Assembly: GCA_963742735.1 (NCBI GenBank) | Contig: CAVUMN010000004.1 | Span: forward strand, 160,001 to 224,000 | From: an uncultured Actinomycetes bacterium | Lineage (GTDB): Bacteria > Actinomycetota > UBA4738 > JBBDTT01 | Reading direction: 5' to 3' | DNA length: 64,000 bases | Notes under the pieces: model-generated | Database searches by the model: none | Told to the model about the DNA's origin: nothing | Seen by the model: only the letters and a program-made list of their open reading frames with translations | Shown: positions 25,842 through 36,158 of the stretch, piece after piece | Position numbering within the stretch: position 1 is the first letter of the stretch | Layout: every line of letters starts with the position of its first letter | Position numbers and translations under genes: made by a program

Positions 25842-27300
25842 CCGCGGTCCCCGCGAGCGCCGGTACGCCCGTCGGCATGATCGCGGCGCGCACGGCCTCG
25901 GCCTCGGTGTCCACTGCCTCCATCGCCGACACCAGCGCGGCGAACAGGGCCAGATAGACCATCCCCGAGACCAGCTGCAGGTAGTCGGAGCTGTAGGAAG
26001 CGAGCGCCATCCCCACGAGCCAGCAGCCACCGCCGACGAGCGCGAACCGTGGCATCCCTCCCCCGCCGGCCAGTCCGCGCCGGATCCCCCGAACGATGAG
26101 CGAAAGCAGGAACGCGACGAACAGCCCCGTCCCGGCGATCCCGGTCTTCGCCAGCAAGCCGGCGTACGCGTTCTGGAAGGCGTTCGAGGGAGGACGCCCG
26201 TCGTCCTCGAGCTCCGGGATCGACACGATCACGCCGAACCCCTCGCCGATGAACGGAGAATCGCCGAACACCTCGAATCCGGCGGCCGACTCCTGCCGGC
26301 GAAACACCCAGGACGGGTCCTCGCTCAGGTTGGAGTACCGCGTCCGGAGGCCCTCGAACACTTCGCCCGGCGAGCCGCCCCCGAGCAGAGGCACCGCGAC
26401 CGCGAGGACCGTCGACACCCCGATCACGGCGGCGGCGGTCGACACGGCTCGCTTCGGCTGTCGCGCCAGGACCAGCCCCATCAACACGATCGAGAACACC
26501 GTCAGGGCCATCATCGAGCGGGTGTACATCAGCAGGACCGCGACACCCATGAGGCCGGCGAACATCAACGCGGGCATCCCGCCGCGCCTCGACGTCGATC
26601 GCTGCATCAACAGGAAGCCGGCAAGCAGTCCGGCCGGGACCCATTGTCCGGCGGACGGGATGATCTTCGGCCCGCCGGCGGGGCCCTCGGTCGGGTAGAC
26701 CTTGCCCCAGGTGGTGAGGAAGTTCCCCGCCGGCGCGTCGTAGTGGAACAGGAACTCGTACACCAGCCCCAGGCTCAGCACGACCAGGCCCGCGGCGACC
26801 GCGCGCAGGACCGCCCGAACGGCGGCCTCGTCCCGCAGCACATCCACGATCGGGAAGAAGGCCAGCAGGAACATGCCCGGGAGCGTGTCGCGCTGGATGA
26901 GGCTCCAGGGGTGGCCCTGCGCCACCCCGTAGAGGGTGAAGATGACCCACAGCCCCACGAGCCAGAAGATCCAGCCTCCAAACCGCCGCGTTCGCAGCGA
27001 TCGCACGCCCCGGCCCGAGATGAGCCAGGCGGCGAAGAGGGTCGCAAGCAGCAGGTGGCCGACGGTGTAGGACGTGCGAAGGGCCACTGCCGAACCCTGG
27101 TTCGACAGGCCGGTCACGAACAGGAACACCAGGATCTGCACGGCCAGGAGGGGGCGGACGAACGACAGGATGCCGAACCCGACCAGCACGCTCAGCCCGG
27201 CGACGATCAGGAGCTGAAGATTCGACAGCATCGCGGCGCGACCGAGGAGGACGCCCGCCGCGATCGACAGCCCGATCCACAGGGATCGTCGTCGCTCCAT
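25819..27300 (-). CDS. O-antigen ligase/Wzy-like membrane protein
   Basis: Many TM segments, YTRS, SPFIGEGFG, QNAYAGLLAKTGIAG. Confidence 0.75.
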   Translation of the reverse strand: MERRRSLWIGLSIAAGVLLGRAAMLSNLQLLIVAGLSVLVGFGILSFVRPLLAVQILVFLFVTGLSNQGSAVALRTSYTVGHLLLATLFAAWLISGRGVRSLRTRRFGGWIFWLVGLWVIFTLYGVAQGHPWSLIQRDTLPGMFLLAFFPIVDVLRDEAAVRAVLRAVAAGLVVLSLGLVYEFLFHYDAPAGNFLTTWGKVYPTEGPAGGPKIIPSAGQWVPAGLLAGFLLMQRSTSRRGGMPALMFAGLMGVAVLLMYTRSMMALTVFSIVLMGLVLARQPKRAVSTAAAVIGVSTVLAVAVPLLGGGSPGEVFEGLRTRYSNLSEDPSWVFRRQESAAGFEVFGDSPFIGEGFGVIVSIPELEDDGRPPSNAFQNAYAGLLAKTGIAGTGLFVAFLLSLIVRGIRRGLAGGGGMPRFALVGGGCWLVGMALASYSSDYLQLVSGMVYLALFAALVSAMEAVDTEAEAVRAAIMPTGVPALAGTAVSPIRSG

Positions 27301-27332
27301 GGGCCTTCGGACCCTCTCTATACTCGCCGGAG

Positions 27333-28370
27333 ATGTCCCCCGCCGGACACACTCCGCTCGTCTCTGTCCTCATGCCCGCGTACAACCACGAGCAGTACGT
27401 CGACGCTGCGCTGGACAGCGTGACTGCCCAAGGCTACCGGCATTGGGAGCTGGTGGTAGTGGACGACGGGTCGGACGACGCCACGGCGGACCTGGTGGAG
27501 CGCCGCGGGGCCGGCGATCCTCGCATCCGGCTGCTGCGTCGGCCTCACAGGGGCCCCGAGGGACTGGGCCAGGCCTACCGGGCGGCGCTCGACGAGAGCC
27601 GGGGCGAGCTGGTGGCGCTGCTGGAGGCGGACGACATGTGGCCTGCCGGCAAGCTCGAGCGACAGGTGCCGGACTTCCAGGAACCGGGAGTGGTTCTCTC
27701 GTTCGGCGACTACGAGTGGATCGACGCGGACGGACGGACCATCCGCCGGGTTGCCCTGTCCGAGTCGCTGCCGGCCGACGCGCTCTCGAACGACCCGACC
27801 GGCGCCGCCGCGTGGTCCATGGCGGGACTGGCCCACCGCACGTTCACGTTCCCCTGCACGGTGATCATGCGCCGCTCCGCCCTGGAGGCCGCCGGGGGAT
27901 TCCACGAGCTGGGGGGCCCGGTCTCGCTAGTGGACTTCCCCACGTTCCTGGAGCTCGCCCTCGCCGGCCGGTTCGCCTACCACCCGGAGGTGCTCGGCGG
28001 ATGGCGGCGACATCTTCGCTCGCTGACGCTGGCGAACGACGAGGCGATCACGCGGGCCGCCGGCGATCACGCCCGGGCGTTCCTGGGCGCGCACCCCGAG
28101 CTCCGCCCGGCCGGCGCCTCCGACCGGGCGATCGAACGCGCCTGGGACGCGGCGATCGCCGGCGCCCTGTTCACCGAGGCCCGGGTGGCCCTGGTGACCG
28201 GAGACTGGGGACGGGCTTCGGCGCGGCTGCGTCGGCTGGTCCGCGGACCGGCCCCGGCCCGGCTGCAGGCGCTTGCGGGGCTGGGACTCGCCGCGTCGGC
28301 CGCCCATCGCGACCTGGAGCCGCTGCTGCGCGTCGCCCTCGGGTACGACCTGCGCGCCCTGGCGGTGTGA
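27333..28370 (+). CDS. Glycosyltransferase family 2
   Basis: VSVLMPAYN, VVDDGSDD, EADD. Confidence 0.9.
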   Translation: MSPAGHTPLVSVLMPAYNHEQYVDAALDSVTAQGYRHWELVVVDDGSDDATADLVERRGAGDPRIRLLRRPHRGPEGLGQAYRAALDESRGELVALLEADDMWPAGKLERQVPDFQEPGVVLSFGDYEWIDADGRTIRRVALSESLPADALSNDPTGAAAWSMAGLAHRTFTFPCTVIMRRSALEAAGGFHELGGPVSLVDFPTFLELALAGRFAYHPEVLGGWRRHLRSLTLANDEAITRAAGDHARAFLGAHPELRPAGASDRAIERAWDAAIAGALFTEARVALVTGDWGRASARLRRLVRGPAPARLQALAGLGLAASAAHRDLEPLLRVALGYDLRALAV

Positions 28371-29320
28371 CGGTGGGCGCGGTCTCGCTCGCCGTCTGCA
28401 TGGTCACGTTCGAGTCGGCTCACGTGGTCGGTCGATCCCTCGACGCGCTTCGCGCCACCGCGACGGGCTCGGGACTCGACCTTTCCCTCACCGTCGTCGA
28501 CAACGGTTCGACCGACGCCTCGGCCGAGGTCGTCGAGCGGTCCTGGCCCGGCGCTCGGGTGATCCGCAACCCGCGCAACCGCGGGTACGGACCGGCCATC
28601 AACCAGGCCGCCGACGACGCCGGCGCCGACTGGCTGTTGTTCGTCAACCCGGACACGCTGCCAGCTCCGGGCCTGCTCCCGATGCTCCCCCACGTCCATG
28701 AGCTCGAGGAGATCGGGGCGTTCACCCCGCTGCTCACCGACGAGTCGGGACGCCCGGTCCGGACCGCGTACCGGTGGCCGACGCTGGCGAAGGAGCTCGC
28801 CCGGCTCTCCGGTGCGGTCGCGGCCGCCGACCTGATGGGCCGGACGCCGGACTGGCTCCCCGGGGAGCCCGCGCTGTTCCCCGAGCCGGTGGGGGAGGGC
28901 GTTCGCCTCGACTATCCGGTGGGAGCCTGCCTGTTCCTCAGGGGCGATGCCTGGCGCCGGGTTGGGCCGTTCGACGAGGGATTCGTGCTCTACCACGAGG
29001 AGATGGAGTGGTGCTGGAGGGCGGCCGGCGCGGGGGTTCGCGCGTTCGCCCTTCCCCGCGTTCGGGCCGTACACCTGGGCAAGGCCAGCAGCAGCCGGCG
29101 GCCTCCCGAGGTCGTCCTGTGGCAGTACCGGGGCCTGCTGCGCTTCTACGAGCTCCACCGTCCGCGCTCCGAGCGGGCGGCGCTTCGGGCGGCCATGGCA
29201 ACCGCGTTCGCGGCCCGCGCCGCCGGAGCGAGCCTCGCCGGTAAGGCCAACGCCCGGGCCCTGTGGGCGGTCTCCCGCCTCGGGGCCCGGGGAGATCGCC
29301 GGGCGGCGACGCCCGGGTGA
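28367..29320 (+). CDS. Glycosyltransferase family 2 (WbbL-like)
   Basis: VVDNGSTD, NRGYG, VNPD, FDEGFVLYHEEMEWC. Confidence 0.9.
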   Translation: MTVGAVSLAVCMVTFESAHVVGRSLDALRATATGSGLDLSLTVVDNGSTDASAEVVERSWPGARVIRNPRNRGYGPAINQAADDAGADWLLFVNPDTLPAPGLLPMLPHVHELEEIGAFTPLLTDESGRPVRTAYRWPTLAKELARLSGAVAAADLMGRTPDWLPGEPALFPEPVGEGVRLDYPVGACLFLRGDAWRRVGPFDEGFVLYHEEMEWCWRAAGAGVRAFALPRVRAVHLGKASSSRRPPEVVLWQYRGLLRFYELHRPRSERAALRAAMATAFAARAAGASLAGKANARALWAVSRLGARGDRRAATPG

Positions 29321-30294
29321 ACGCGTCGCCCCGGGTGAGCGTGATCGTCCCCGTCCTCGACGAGGCGGCACGCATCGGGGAGTGCCTGGACGCCATCCTG
29401 GCCAGCGACTACCCGGCCGACCGCCTGGAGGTCCTCGTGGTCGACGGGATGAGCGCCGACGGCACCCGCGAAGCGGTGGCCGCTCGCGTCGCCGACGATG
29501 CTCGCCTCCGTCTGGTCGACAACCCGGGCCGGACGCCGGCGGCGGGCATGAACCGCGGCGTCGAGGCCTCCCACGGCGAGGTCATCGTTCGGATGGACGC
29601 CCGGACGCGCCCGGAACCGGGCTACGTGCGCGCGTGCGTGGACCTCCTCGAGCGCTCCGGCGCCTCGAGCGTCGGCGGGCCCCAGCGGGCGACCGGGATC
29701 GGGCTCGTCGGACGGGCCGCCGCGCTCGCCACGACGTCGCCCTACGGCGCCGGCGACGCACGGTTCCGATACAGCGAGCGCCAGGAGGAGGTCGACTCGG
29801 TGTACCTGGGCGCCTGGCGCCGGTCCACGCTGGAGGGCGCCGGCGGCTTCGACGAGGGGCTCACGGTCAACGAGGACTACGAGCTGAACCACCGGCTCCG
29901 CGGTGCCGGCGGCCGGATCCTTCTGTCTCCGAGCATTCGCTCGACGTACCGGATCCGCGAGAGCCTGGGCGAGCTCGCCGGTCAGTATTACCGGTACGGC
30001 AAGGGGAAGGCGGGGATGCTCCGCCGGTTCCCGGACGCGCTGCGCTGGCGACAGCTCGCCCCCCCGGCGCTCGTGGCGGGGCTCGCCGCCTCGATCGCGG
30101 TCCTCCCGGTCGTTCCGGCCGTCGCCGCGGTCGTCCCCGGAACCTACGCAGGCGCCACCGTGCTTGCCTCGCTGATCACCGGGATCCGGCGCGACCGGGG
30201 GGCCCTCCCGGCGCTCCCGATCGTGTTCGCCACCGTCCACCTGGCCTGGGGATTCGGCTTCTGGTCGGGGCTGCTGCGGGGGATTGCGCAATAG
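29317..30294 (+). CDS. Glycosyltransferase family 2 (ExoA-like)
   Basis: VVDGMSADGT, RMDA, NEDYELNHR, QYYRYG; C-terminal TM segments. Confidence 0.9.
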   Translation: MNASPRVSVIVPVLDEAARIGECLDAILASDYPADRLEVLVVDGMSADGTREAVAARVADDARLRLVDNPGRTPAAGMNRGVEASHGEVIVRMDARTRPEPGYVRACVDLLERSGASSVGGPQRATGIGLVGRAAALATTSPYGAGDARFRYSERQEEVDSVYLGAWRRSTLEGAGGFDEGLTVNEDYELNHRLRGAGGRILLSPSIRSTYRIRESLGELAGQYYRYGKGKAGMLRRFPDALRWRQLAPPALVAGLAASIAVLPVVPAVAAVVPGTYAGATVLASLITGIRRDRGALPALPIVFATVHLAWGFGFWSGLLRGIAQ

Positions 30295-30487
30295 GCAAAC
30301 CCCCCCTATCCTTCTGGGGCCGCCGCCGGCGGTACGGGAACCCGCTCGAGGCGCCCGCAGACGCCTTCAGCCCGGAGCGGAAGGAGAACGAGCAAGCACG
30401 GGGGGAGCCCCGCTTCCCCGGGAACAGGAAGACGAACGTGACCCCAGCGCCCCCGTCTCCCCGAAGTGCCGACGGACGCCCGCTCGC

Positions 30488-31843
30488 ATGAGCGCCCTCG
30501 AGACTCGAACCCTCCCGGTTACCCTCGACGTCGTGCGACCGCTCGTTCGACCCCATCCGGCGTGGTTCATCCCCTTCCACGCCGTGATGACCGCCGGCGT
30601 TCTGTTCATCAGCCAGTACCTCGTCACCGCCGGTTTCCCTCAGCTCAACGTGACCGCTCGCGCCCTCCCGATCATGACCGTGATCTTCCTGGGCGCGTTC
30701 GCGTATCACCTCGTGTACGAGAAGGAGCCCTACGACACGTTCACCGAGGCCCTCCGCGTGATCGGACGGGCAGCCCTGGTGGGAACGGTCGGAAGCATGG
30801 CCGCGCTGTACGGCCTGGGCTTCATCGGCTACCCACGGTCCGCCCTCCTGCTGGCGTTCCCGCTCATCGTGATGGTGGTCTTCGGCGCCGAGGTGGTCCG
30901 GCTCCGCCACCGCCTGCATCACGCCCCGCCGCGACGCGCCGTCGTCCTGGGGCCCCCGGACGTCAGCCAGCCCGTCGTGGATCACTTCATGCTCCAGCCC
31001 ACGGCGTCGCTCGGCTCGGTGGGCCGGCTCGACAGCCTGGAGCTGGCCACCCATCTCCTCCGCGACGAGATCCACTACGACCTCCTGCTCATCCCGGGTC
31101 CCCGCCAGCTGAGCCACACGCCGAGCCGGCTGCTGCTCGCCGCGCGGAACAAGGGCATACGCATCTTCATGCTCGCCGGCGAGTCGGGCGCCTTCCTGGG
31201 CCTGAGCAGCCTGCACGAGCTGGGAGGCCTCCCGTGGCACGAGCTCCAGGTGCAGTCGCTGCCGGCCGCGCGGCGCGCCGCGAAGCGAGGCCTGGACCTG
31301 GCCGTGATCGCCGTGGGCTCGCCGTTCGCCTTGCTGGCCGGCCTGGTGATCGCGATCCTCGTCCGAACCACCAGCCCGGGCCCGATCCTGCACCGGCAAC
31401 GCCGGTCCGGGATGGCCGGCCAGGAGTTCACGATGTACAAGTTCCGGTCGATGTCGCCCGACGCCGAGAACGGGGAGGCTCAGCTCGCCGTCGCGGATGA
31501 CTCGAGGGTGACGCGGCTGGGCGCGTCGCTTCGCCGCCATCGGCTGGACGAGCTCCCGCAGCTTTGGAACGTCCTCAAGGGCAACATGAGCCTGGTCGGC
31601 CCACGGCCCGAGCGGCCGGAGTTCGTCGCGAACTTCCAGGAGATGGTCCCCGACTACCACGAGCGGCACTCGGTCCGCCCCGGCATCACGGGCCTGGCCC
31701 AGGTCCTGGGGACCTACGACACTCCCGCCGAGCACAAGGTCCGGTACGACCTGCTCTACGTGGCCAACTGGTCGATCTGGCTCGACATCCAGGTGATGTT
31801 CAAGACCCTTGTGGTCGTCTTTCGCGGGACGGGATCTCGATGA
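30488..31843 (+). CDS. Polyprenyl-phosphate glycosylphosphotransferase (initiating sugar transferase)
   Basis: [44 protein letters not shown]. Confidence 0.92.
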   Translation: MSALETRTLPVTLDVVRPLVRPHPAWFIPFHAVMTAGVLFISQYLVTAGFPQLNVTARALPIMTVIFLGAFAYHLVYEKEPYDTFTEALRVIGRAALVGTVGSMAALYGLGFIGYPRSALLLAFPLIVMVVFGAEVVRLRHRLHHAPPRRAVVLGPPDVSQPVVDHFMLQPTASLGSVGRLDSLELATHLLRDEIHYDLLLIPGPRQLSHTPSRLLLAARNKGIRIFMLAGESGAFLGLSSLHELGGLPWHELQVQSLPAARRAAKRGLDLAVIAVGSPFALLAGLVIAILVRTTSPGPILHRQRRSGMAGQEFTMYKFRSMSPDAENGEAQLAVADDSRVTRLGASLRRHRLDELPQLWNVLKGNMSLVGPRPERPEFVANFQEMVPDYHERHSVRPGITGLAQVLGTYDTPAEHKVRYDLLYVANWSIWLDIQVMFKTLVVVFRGTGSR

Positions 31844-32811
31844 GCCAGCGACGCGCGGTGGTAACCGGCGGGGCCGGGTTCGTCGGCTCCCATCTGGTCG
31901 AGCGCCTCATGGAGGACGGGTGGTCCGTGGTGTGCATGGACAACCTGTCCACCGGCCACGCCGACAACATCGCCCCGTTCCTGTCGATGCCCCGGTTCTC
32001 GTTCGTCCAGGTGGACCTCGCCGAGGACGATCTGCCCATCGTCCAGGCGGACGTCATCTTCCATCTGGCCTCCCCGGCCAGCCCGCTGCACTACGCGCGC
32101 ATGCCGATCGCCACGATGAAGGTCGGTGCGTTCGGGACCTACAAGGTCCTCGAGCTCGCGCGTGCGACCGGGGCGACGGTCCTGCTGGCCTCGACCTCCG
32201 AGGTCTACGGCGACCCCGAGATCCACCCGCAGCCGGAGTCCTACTGGGGGCGGGTGAACCCGATCGGCCCCCGGAGCCAGTACGACGAGGGCAAGCGGTT
32301 CGCGGAGGCCCTGTGCGCCGCCTACCACCGGACGTACGGCACGGCGATCCGCATGGCCCGGATCTTCAACACCTACGGCCCCCGCATGCAGCCCGGGGAG
32401 GGCCGAGCGGTCCCGACGTTCGTCGACCAGGCGCTTCACGGCCTCCCGCTGACGATCCACGGCGACGGCGCGCAGACGCGGTCGTTCTGCTACGTCGACG
32501 ACCTGGTGGAGGGCCTGCATCGGCTCGCCCTGTCCGACGTGGAGGGCCCCGTCAACATCGGCAACCCGGACGAACGGCCCGTGCGCGAGCTCGCCGAGCT
32601 CATCATCGAGATCACGGGGTCCGCCTCGCCCATCGAGTTCGTCCCCCGGCCACCCGACGACCCGTCGCGGCGGCGTCCCGATATCGCCCGCGCCCGGGAG
32701 CTGCTGGGATGGGAGCCGACCGTCGAGCTCCGGGAGGGCCTCGAGGCGACCGTCGCGTGGGCGCGGCAAGGTCTCGACGACCCGAGCCCGTCGCGGCGCG
32801 AGGTGCGGTAG
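31840..32811 (+). CDS. UDP-glucuronate decarboxylase-like SDR
   Basis: TGGAGFVGSH, HLASPASP, STSEVYGDP, YDEGKR, RIFNTYGP. Confidence 0.9.
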   Translation: MSQRRAVVTGGAGFVGSHLVERLMEDGWSVVCMDNLSTGHADNIAPFLSMPRFSFVQVDLAEDDLPIVQADVIFHLASPASPLHYARMPIATMKVGAFGTYKVLELARATGATVLLASTSEVYGDPEIHPQPESYWGRVNPIGPRSQYDEGKRFAEALCAAYHRTYGTAIRMARIFNTYGPRMQPGEGRAVPTFVDQALHGLPLTIHGDGAQTRSFCYVDDLVEGLHRLALSDVEGPVNIGNPDERPVRELAELIIEITGSASPIEFVPRPPDDPSRRRPDIARARELLGWEPTVELREGLEATVAWARQGLDDPSPSRREVR

Positions 32812-32851
32812 AAGCTCCCCCCACCTCGTTCAGACAAGTAGGATCGTGCGG

Positions 32852-34117
32852 ATGAGCGACGAGTCGAGATGGTCGAGGTTTCGGCGCGGCAAACGTGCCG
32901 AAGCCGAGTGGTCGGACGAGCCGGACGAGGCGCGGGGGGGTTTCGGCGACGACGATGAAGCCGCCCCGCCCCCGGCGCAGCCCTCGCAAGCCCCTCCTCA
33001 GCAGGCGCTGCCCCAGGCCCCGCCGCAGGCCCGGCCCCAGGCGCCACCCGCGGCCCGCCCGTCCGCGCCCACGGCCGTCGGCGACCTGTTCGCGGCGGAC
33101 GAGGAGGAAGCCCGCCCGTCCACGTTCGGCCGCCCGGCGCCCCCCGCCGCCCCGCCCCAGGCGCCGGCCCGCGAGCCGTCGCCGGCCGAGTCCGCCCGCG
33201 ACGAGCTGGCCGCGCTCCTCGCCTCGACGGAAACCCAGGCACCCGACGAGGAGGCGCCACTCTCCGCGTTCCCCAACGACCCGTTCGAGAGCGCGCCCGT
33301 CGCGGAGCCCGAGGCGCCGGCACCGCCCGCGGCCCCCGCCGCCAGCGAGTCGTGGGAGGCGATCGAGTCCCTGTTCAGCCGCCGGACCGAGCCGGCGCCG
33401 GCCACGCCGGGTGGTGGCGACCAGGGTCTGACCCTGGACTGGGAGCGGCCCGAGATGTTCACCGAGCCGACCCAAGAGGAGATCCTCCGGCGCATCAACG
33501 AGCTCTCACAGTCGATGGAGCTCATCGAGCGCCGGATCGACGAGCTGGCCAAGCCGCTGGGGGAGCTCACCGAGCCGGGCACCCGCCTGGCCGCCGCGTT
33601 CAAGCGCCTCGAGCTCATCGAGCGATCGTTCGAGGAGATGCGACTCCAGTCGGAGCGCAACACCCTCAAGACCTCGTCGGGGCTCTCGGCGCTCGACACG
33701 TCGATGGGTGAGCTCCGCGCCGCCGTCGAGGAACCGCTGTGGGAGATGTCCGAGCGGCTGACCTCCTCCGAGATCCGCCTGACCGAGCTGCAGGCCGCCG
33801 AGCGACTGATCGAGCAGGTCAACTCCGCGCTGGCCAAGGACCCGTTCGACCTGATCTCCACGCGAGACATCGACGAGATCACCGACGGCATCACCACCAA
33901 GGTGAAGCGCCTGGGCAGCCGGGTCGAGCGCCTGGAGGCGGCGCTGGACCGAGGGCTCTCGGGCCTCGAGGAGGCCCGCCGCGCCGCCCTCTCCGCCGCG
34001 AAGGAGCTGAACAAGGCCGTCGAGAAGGCCGTGGCCCGGCCCGCCAAGCCGGCAGCGAAGAAGACCGCCGCGAAGAAGGCGGCGGCCAAGAGGGTCATCC
34101 GCAAGCCTCGTTCGTGA
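32852..34117 (+). CDS. Hypothetical protein: acidic Pro/Ala-rich N-half, coiled coil, Lys/Ala-rich tail
   Basis: High-GC codon bias; TAGGAT -10 seven nt upstream; stop overlaps the next GTG. Confidence 0.75.
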   Translation: MSDESRWSRFRRGKRAEAEWSDEPDEARGGFGDDDEAAPPPAQPSQAPPQQALPQAPPQARPQAPPAARPSAPTAVGDLFAADEEEARPSTFGRPAPPAAPPQAPAREPSPAESARDELAALLASTETQAPDEEAPLSAFPNDPFESAPVAEPEAPAPPAAPAASESWEAIESLFSRRTEPAPATPGGGDQGLTLDWERPEMFTEPTQEEILRRINELSQSMELIERRIDELAKPLGELTEPGTRLAAAFKRLELIERSFEEMRLQSERNTLKTSSGLSALDTSMGELRAAVEEPLWEMSERLTSSEIRLTELQAAERLIEQVNSALAKDPFDLISTRDIDEITDGITTKVKRLGSRVERLEAALDRGLSGLEEARRAALSAAKELNKAVEKAVARPAKPAAKKTAAKKAAAKRVIRKPRS

Positions 34118-34854
34118 AGGTCACCGCCCTCGTCCCGGTCCTCTACCGAGAGGAACAGCTCGCCGACACGCTCGAACGGCTGTCGGCCGTTCGCGACCGC
34201 GTCGACCTCGAGGTCCTGGTCCTCGTGGACGTCCCCGATCCCGCGCGCGAGGCGGAGTCCCGCGCGGAGAACGACGCCGCCGCCGCGGCCCACGGTGCCC
34301 GGCCCGTGTACCGGATCGGCGAGCGCGGGTTCGGGTCGGCCCTGCGCCGGGGTTTCGAGGAGGCGAGCGGCGACGCCGTGGTCCCGTTCATGGCCGACCG
34401 CTCGGACGATCCAGAGACCATCCCGGCGATGGTCGAGGCCATGGAGCGCGGCCTGGACGTGGTCGCCGGCTCGCGCTACATCCCGGGGGGCGGGATCGTC
34501 GGCAACACGGCGAAGCAGCGCGCGTCGAAGTGGTACTCGCGGTTCCTGCGCCTGGCCGGCGGCCCACAGATCCACGACGCCTCCAACGCATTCAAGCTGT
34601 ACCGCCGCGAGGTCCTGCGGTCGGTGCGGACCGAGGCCGAGTCGTTCGACCTGTCGGTGGAGCTCACCGTGAAGGCGCACCTGGCCGGGTTCCGCGTGGG
34701 CGAGGTCCCGTCGGTGTGGACCAATCGCCAGGTGGGCTCGTCGAACTTCAACGTCCCGCGCGAGATCCGCAACTACCGGCGCTGGCTCTGGCTGGCGGCG
34801 CGATCGCCCCGGTCCCGGCCGGCGGGGGCTCCACGGGCCCGGGAGGCGCGATGA
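34114..34854 (+). CDS. Polyprenol-phosphate glycosyltransferase (DPM1-like GT2)
   Basis: GFGSALRRG, MADRSDDP, VAGSRY, DASNAFKLY. Confidence 0.85.
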   Translation: MKVTALVPVLYREEQLADTLERLSAVRDRVDLEVLVLVDVPDPAREAESRAENDAAAAAHGARPVYRIGERGFGSALRRGFEEASGDAVVPFMADRSDDPETIPAMVEAMERGLDVVAGSRYIPGGGIVGNTAKQRASKWYSRFLRLAGGPQIHDASNAFKLYRREVLRSVRTEAESFDLSVELTVKAHLAGFRVGEVPSVWTNRQVGSSNFNVPREIRNYRRWLWLAARSPRSRPAGAPRAREAR

Positions 34855-36158
34855 CCGCCCTGGTCGAGCGCTTGGAGGCCCGCGAGGCGCCCGTGACGGT
34901 CATGGGCCTTGGGCGTGTGGGACTCCCGCTCGGCATCGCCTTCGCCGAGGCCGGGCATCAGGTGACCGGCGTCGACATCGACCCCGAGCGCCGGCACTCG
35001 GTCGGGCTCGGAAAGATGCCGTTCGGCGAGCCGGGTGCGGACGAAGCCCTGGCCCGCGCGGTCTCCTCAGGCCGGCTGAAGGTCTCCGACGACGACGCGC
35101 GGGTGCTGCCGGAGAGCGCGGTCATCGTCTTCTGCGTCCCGACGCCGCTGGGCGCCGACCTGCGACCCGACTACGCCCACTTCCGCGCGGCACTCGCCCA
35201 CGTGGCGCCGCACCTGCGGGCGGGGCAGCTGCTGGTGTTCCGCTCCACGGTCTCGCCGGGGACGCTGCAGAAGGTGGCCCGGCCGGCGCTGGCCGAGCTG
35301 ATCCCCGACGTCGTCGGCGAGCTCCTGCTTGCGGCGTGTCCCGAGCGCATCGCCGAGGGCAAGGCGATGCAGGAGCTGGCGTCGCTCCCCGAGATCGTCG
35401 GCGGCTTCACAGACGAGGCGTCGGACGCCGCGGCCGCGCTGTTCCGCACGCTCGGCCCGGACAAGGCCATCCACGTCACCGACCCAACCAGCGCGGAGCT
35501 GGCGAAGCTGTTCACCAACGTCTACCGCTACGTGAACTTCGCGCTGGCCAACGAGTACGCGCTGCTCGGCGAGCACTACGGCGTGGACGCGCACCGGATC
35601 ATCGAGATCGTGAACGCGGACTACCCGCGGGCGAATGTCCCCCGGCCGGGTCCCGCGGGCGGGCCGTGTCTGTCGAAGGACGGCTACTTCCTGGTCGAGG
35701 AGCTCACGCTGCCGGACTTCGTCCTGACGGCGTGGAAGCTGAACGACAGCGCACCGGCCCACAGCGTCCGCCGGCTCGCGGGGCGGCTCGCGCAGCGCGG
35801 TGTCACGCTTCCCGGCACGCCAGTGGCCGTCCTGGGCAAGACGTTCAAGCGCGACAGCGACGACGTCCGCCAGTCGCCGGCCATGCGCGTGATCGAGATC
35901 CTGGAGCGCGAGGGGGCCGAGGTTCGCGCGCACGATCCCCACCTCCCCGGCCCCTCGCTCGAGGAGGTCCTGGGCGGGGCGGCTGCGTTCGTCCTGGCCA
36001 CGAACCACACCGCGTACGAGTCCCTCGACCCCGCGGAGGTCGCCGGACTGATGGCCGAGCCGCGGGTGGCCGTCGACTGCTGGGGCGTCCTGGACCGCGA
36101 CGCGTTCCGGGCGGCGGGCGTGGCCGTCGAGGCGTTCGGCGTGGGGGACGGCCGGTGA
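34851..36158 (+). CDS. Nucleotide-sugar dehydrogenase (WecC/UDP-GlcNAc DH family)
   Basis: GLGRVGLP, CVPTP, RSTVSPG, CPERIAEG, GGPCLSKD, DVRQSP. Confidence 0.9.
   Translation: MTALVERLEAREAPVTVMGLGRVGLPLGIAFAEAGHQVTGVDIDPERRHSVGLGKMPFGEPGADEALARAVSSGRLKVSDDDARVLPESAVIVFCVPTPLGADLRPDYAHFRAALAHVAPHLRAGQLLVFRSTVSPGTLQKVARPALAELIPDVVGELLLAACPERIAEGKAMQELASLPEIVGGFTDEASDAAAALFRTLGPDKAIHVTDPTSAELAKLFTNVYRYVNFALANEYALLGEHYGVDAHRIIEIVNADYPRANVPRPGPAGGPCLSKDGYFLVEELTLPDFVLTAWKLNDSAPAHSVRRLAGRLAQRGVTLPGTPVAVLGKTFKRDSDDVRQSPAMRVIEILEREGAEVRAHDPHLPGPSLEEVLGGAAAFVLATNHTAYESLDPAEVAGLMAEPRVAVDCWGVLDRDAFRAAGVAVEAFGVGDGR

Noticed and set aside
30295-30487. Riboswitch or ops/JUMPstart element before the initiating sugar transferase
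   Set aside because: Only fragments (GGCAAAC, GGCGGTA) are present, without the rest of the c-di-GMP-I or ops consensus.
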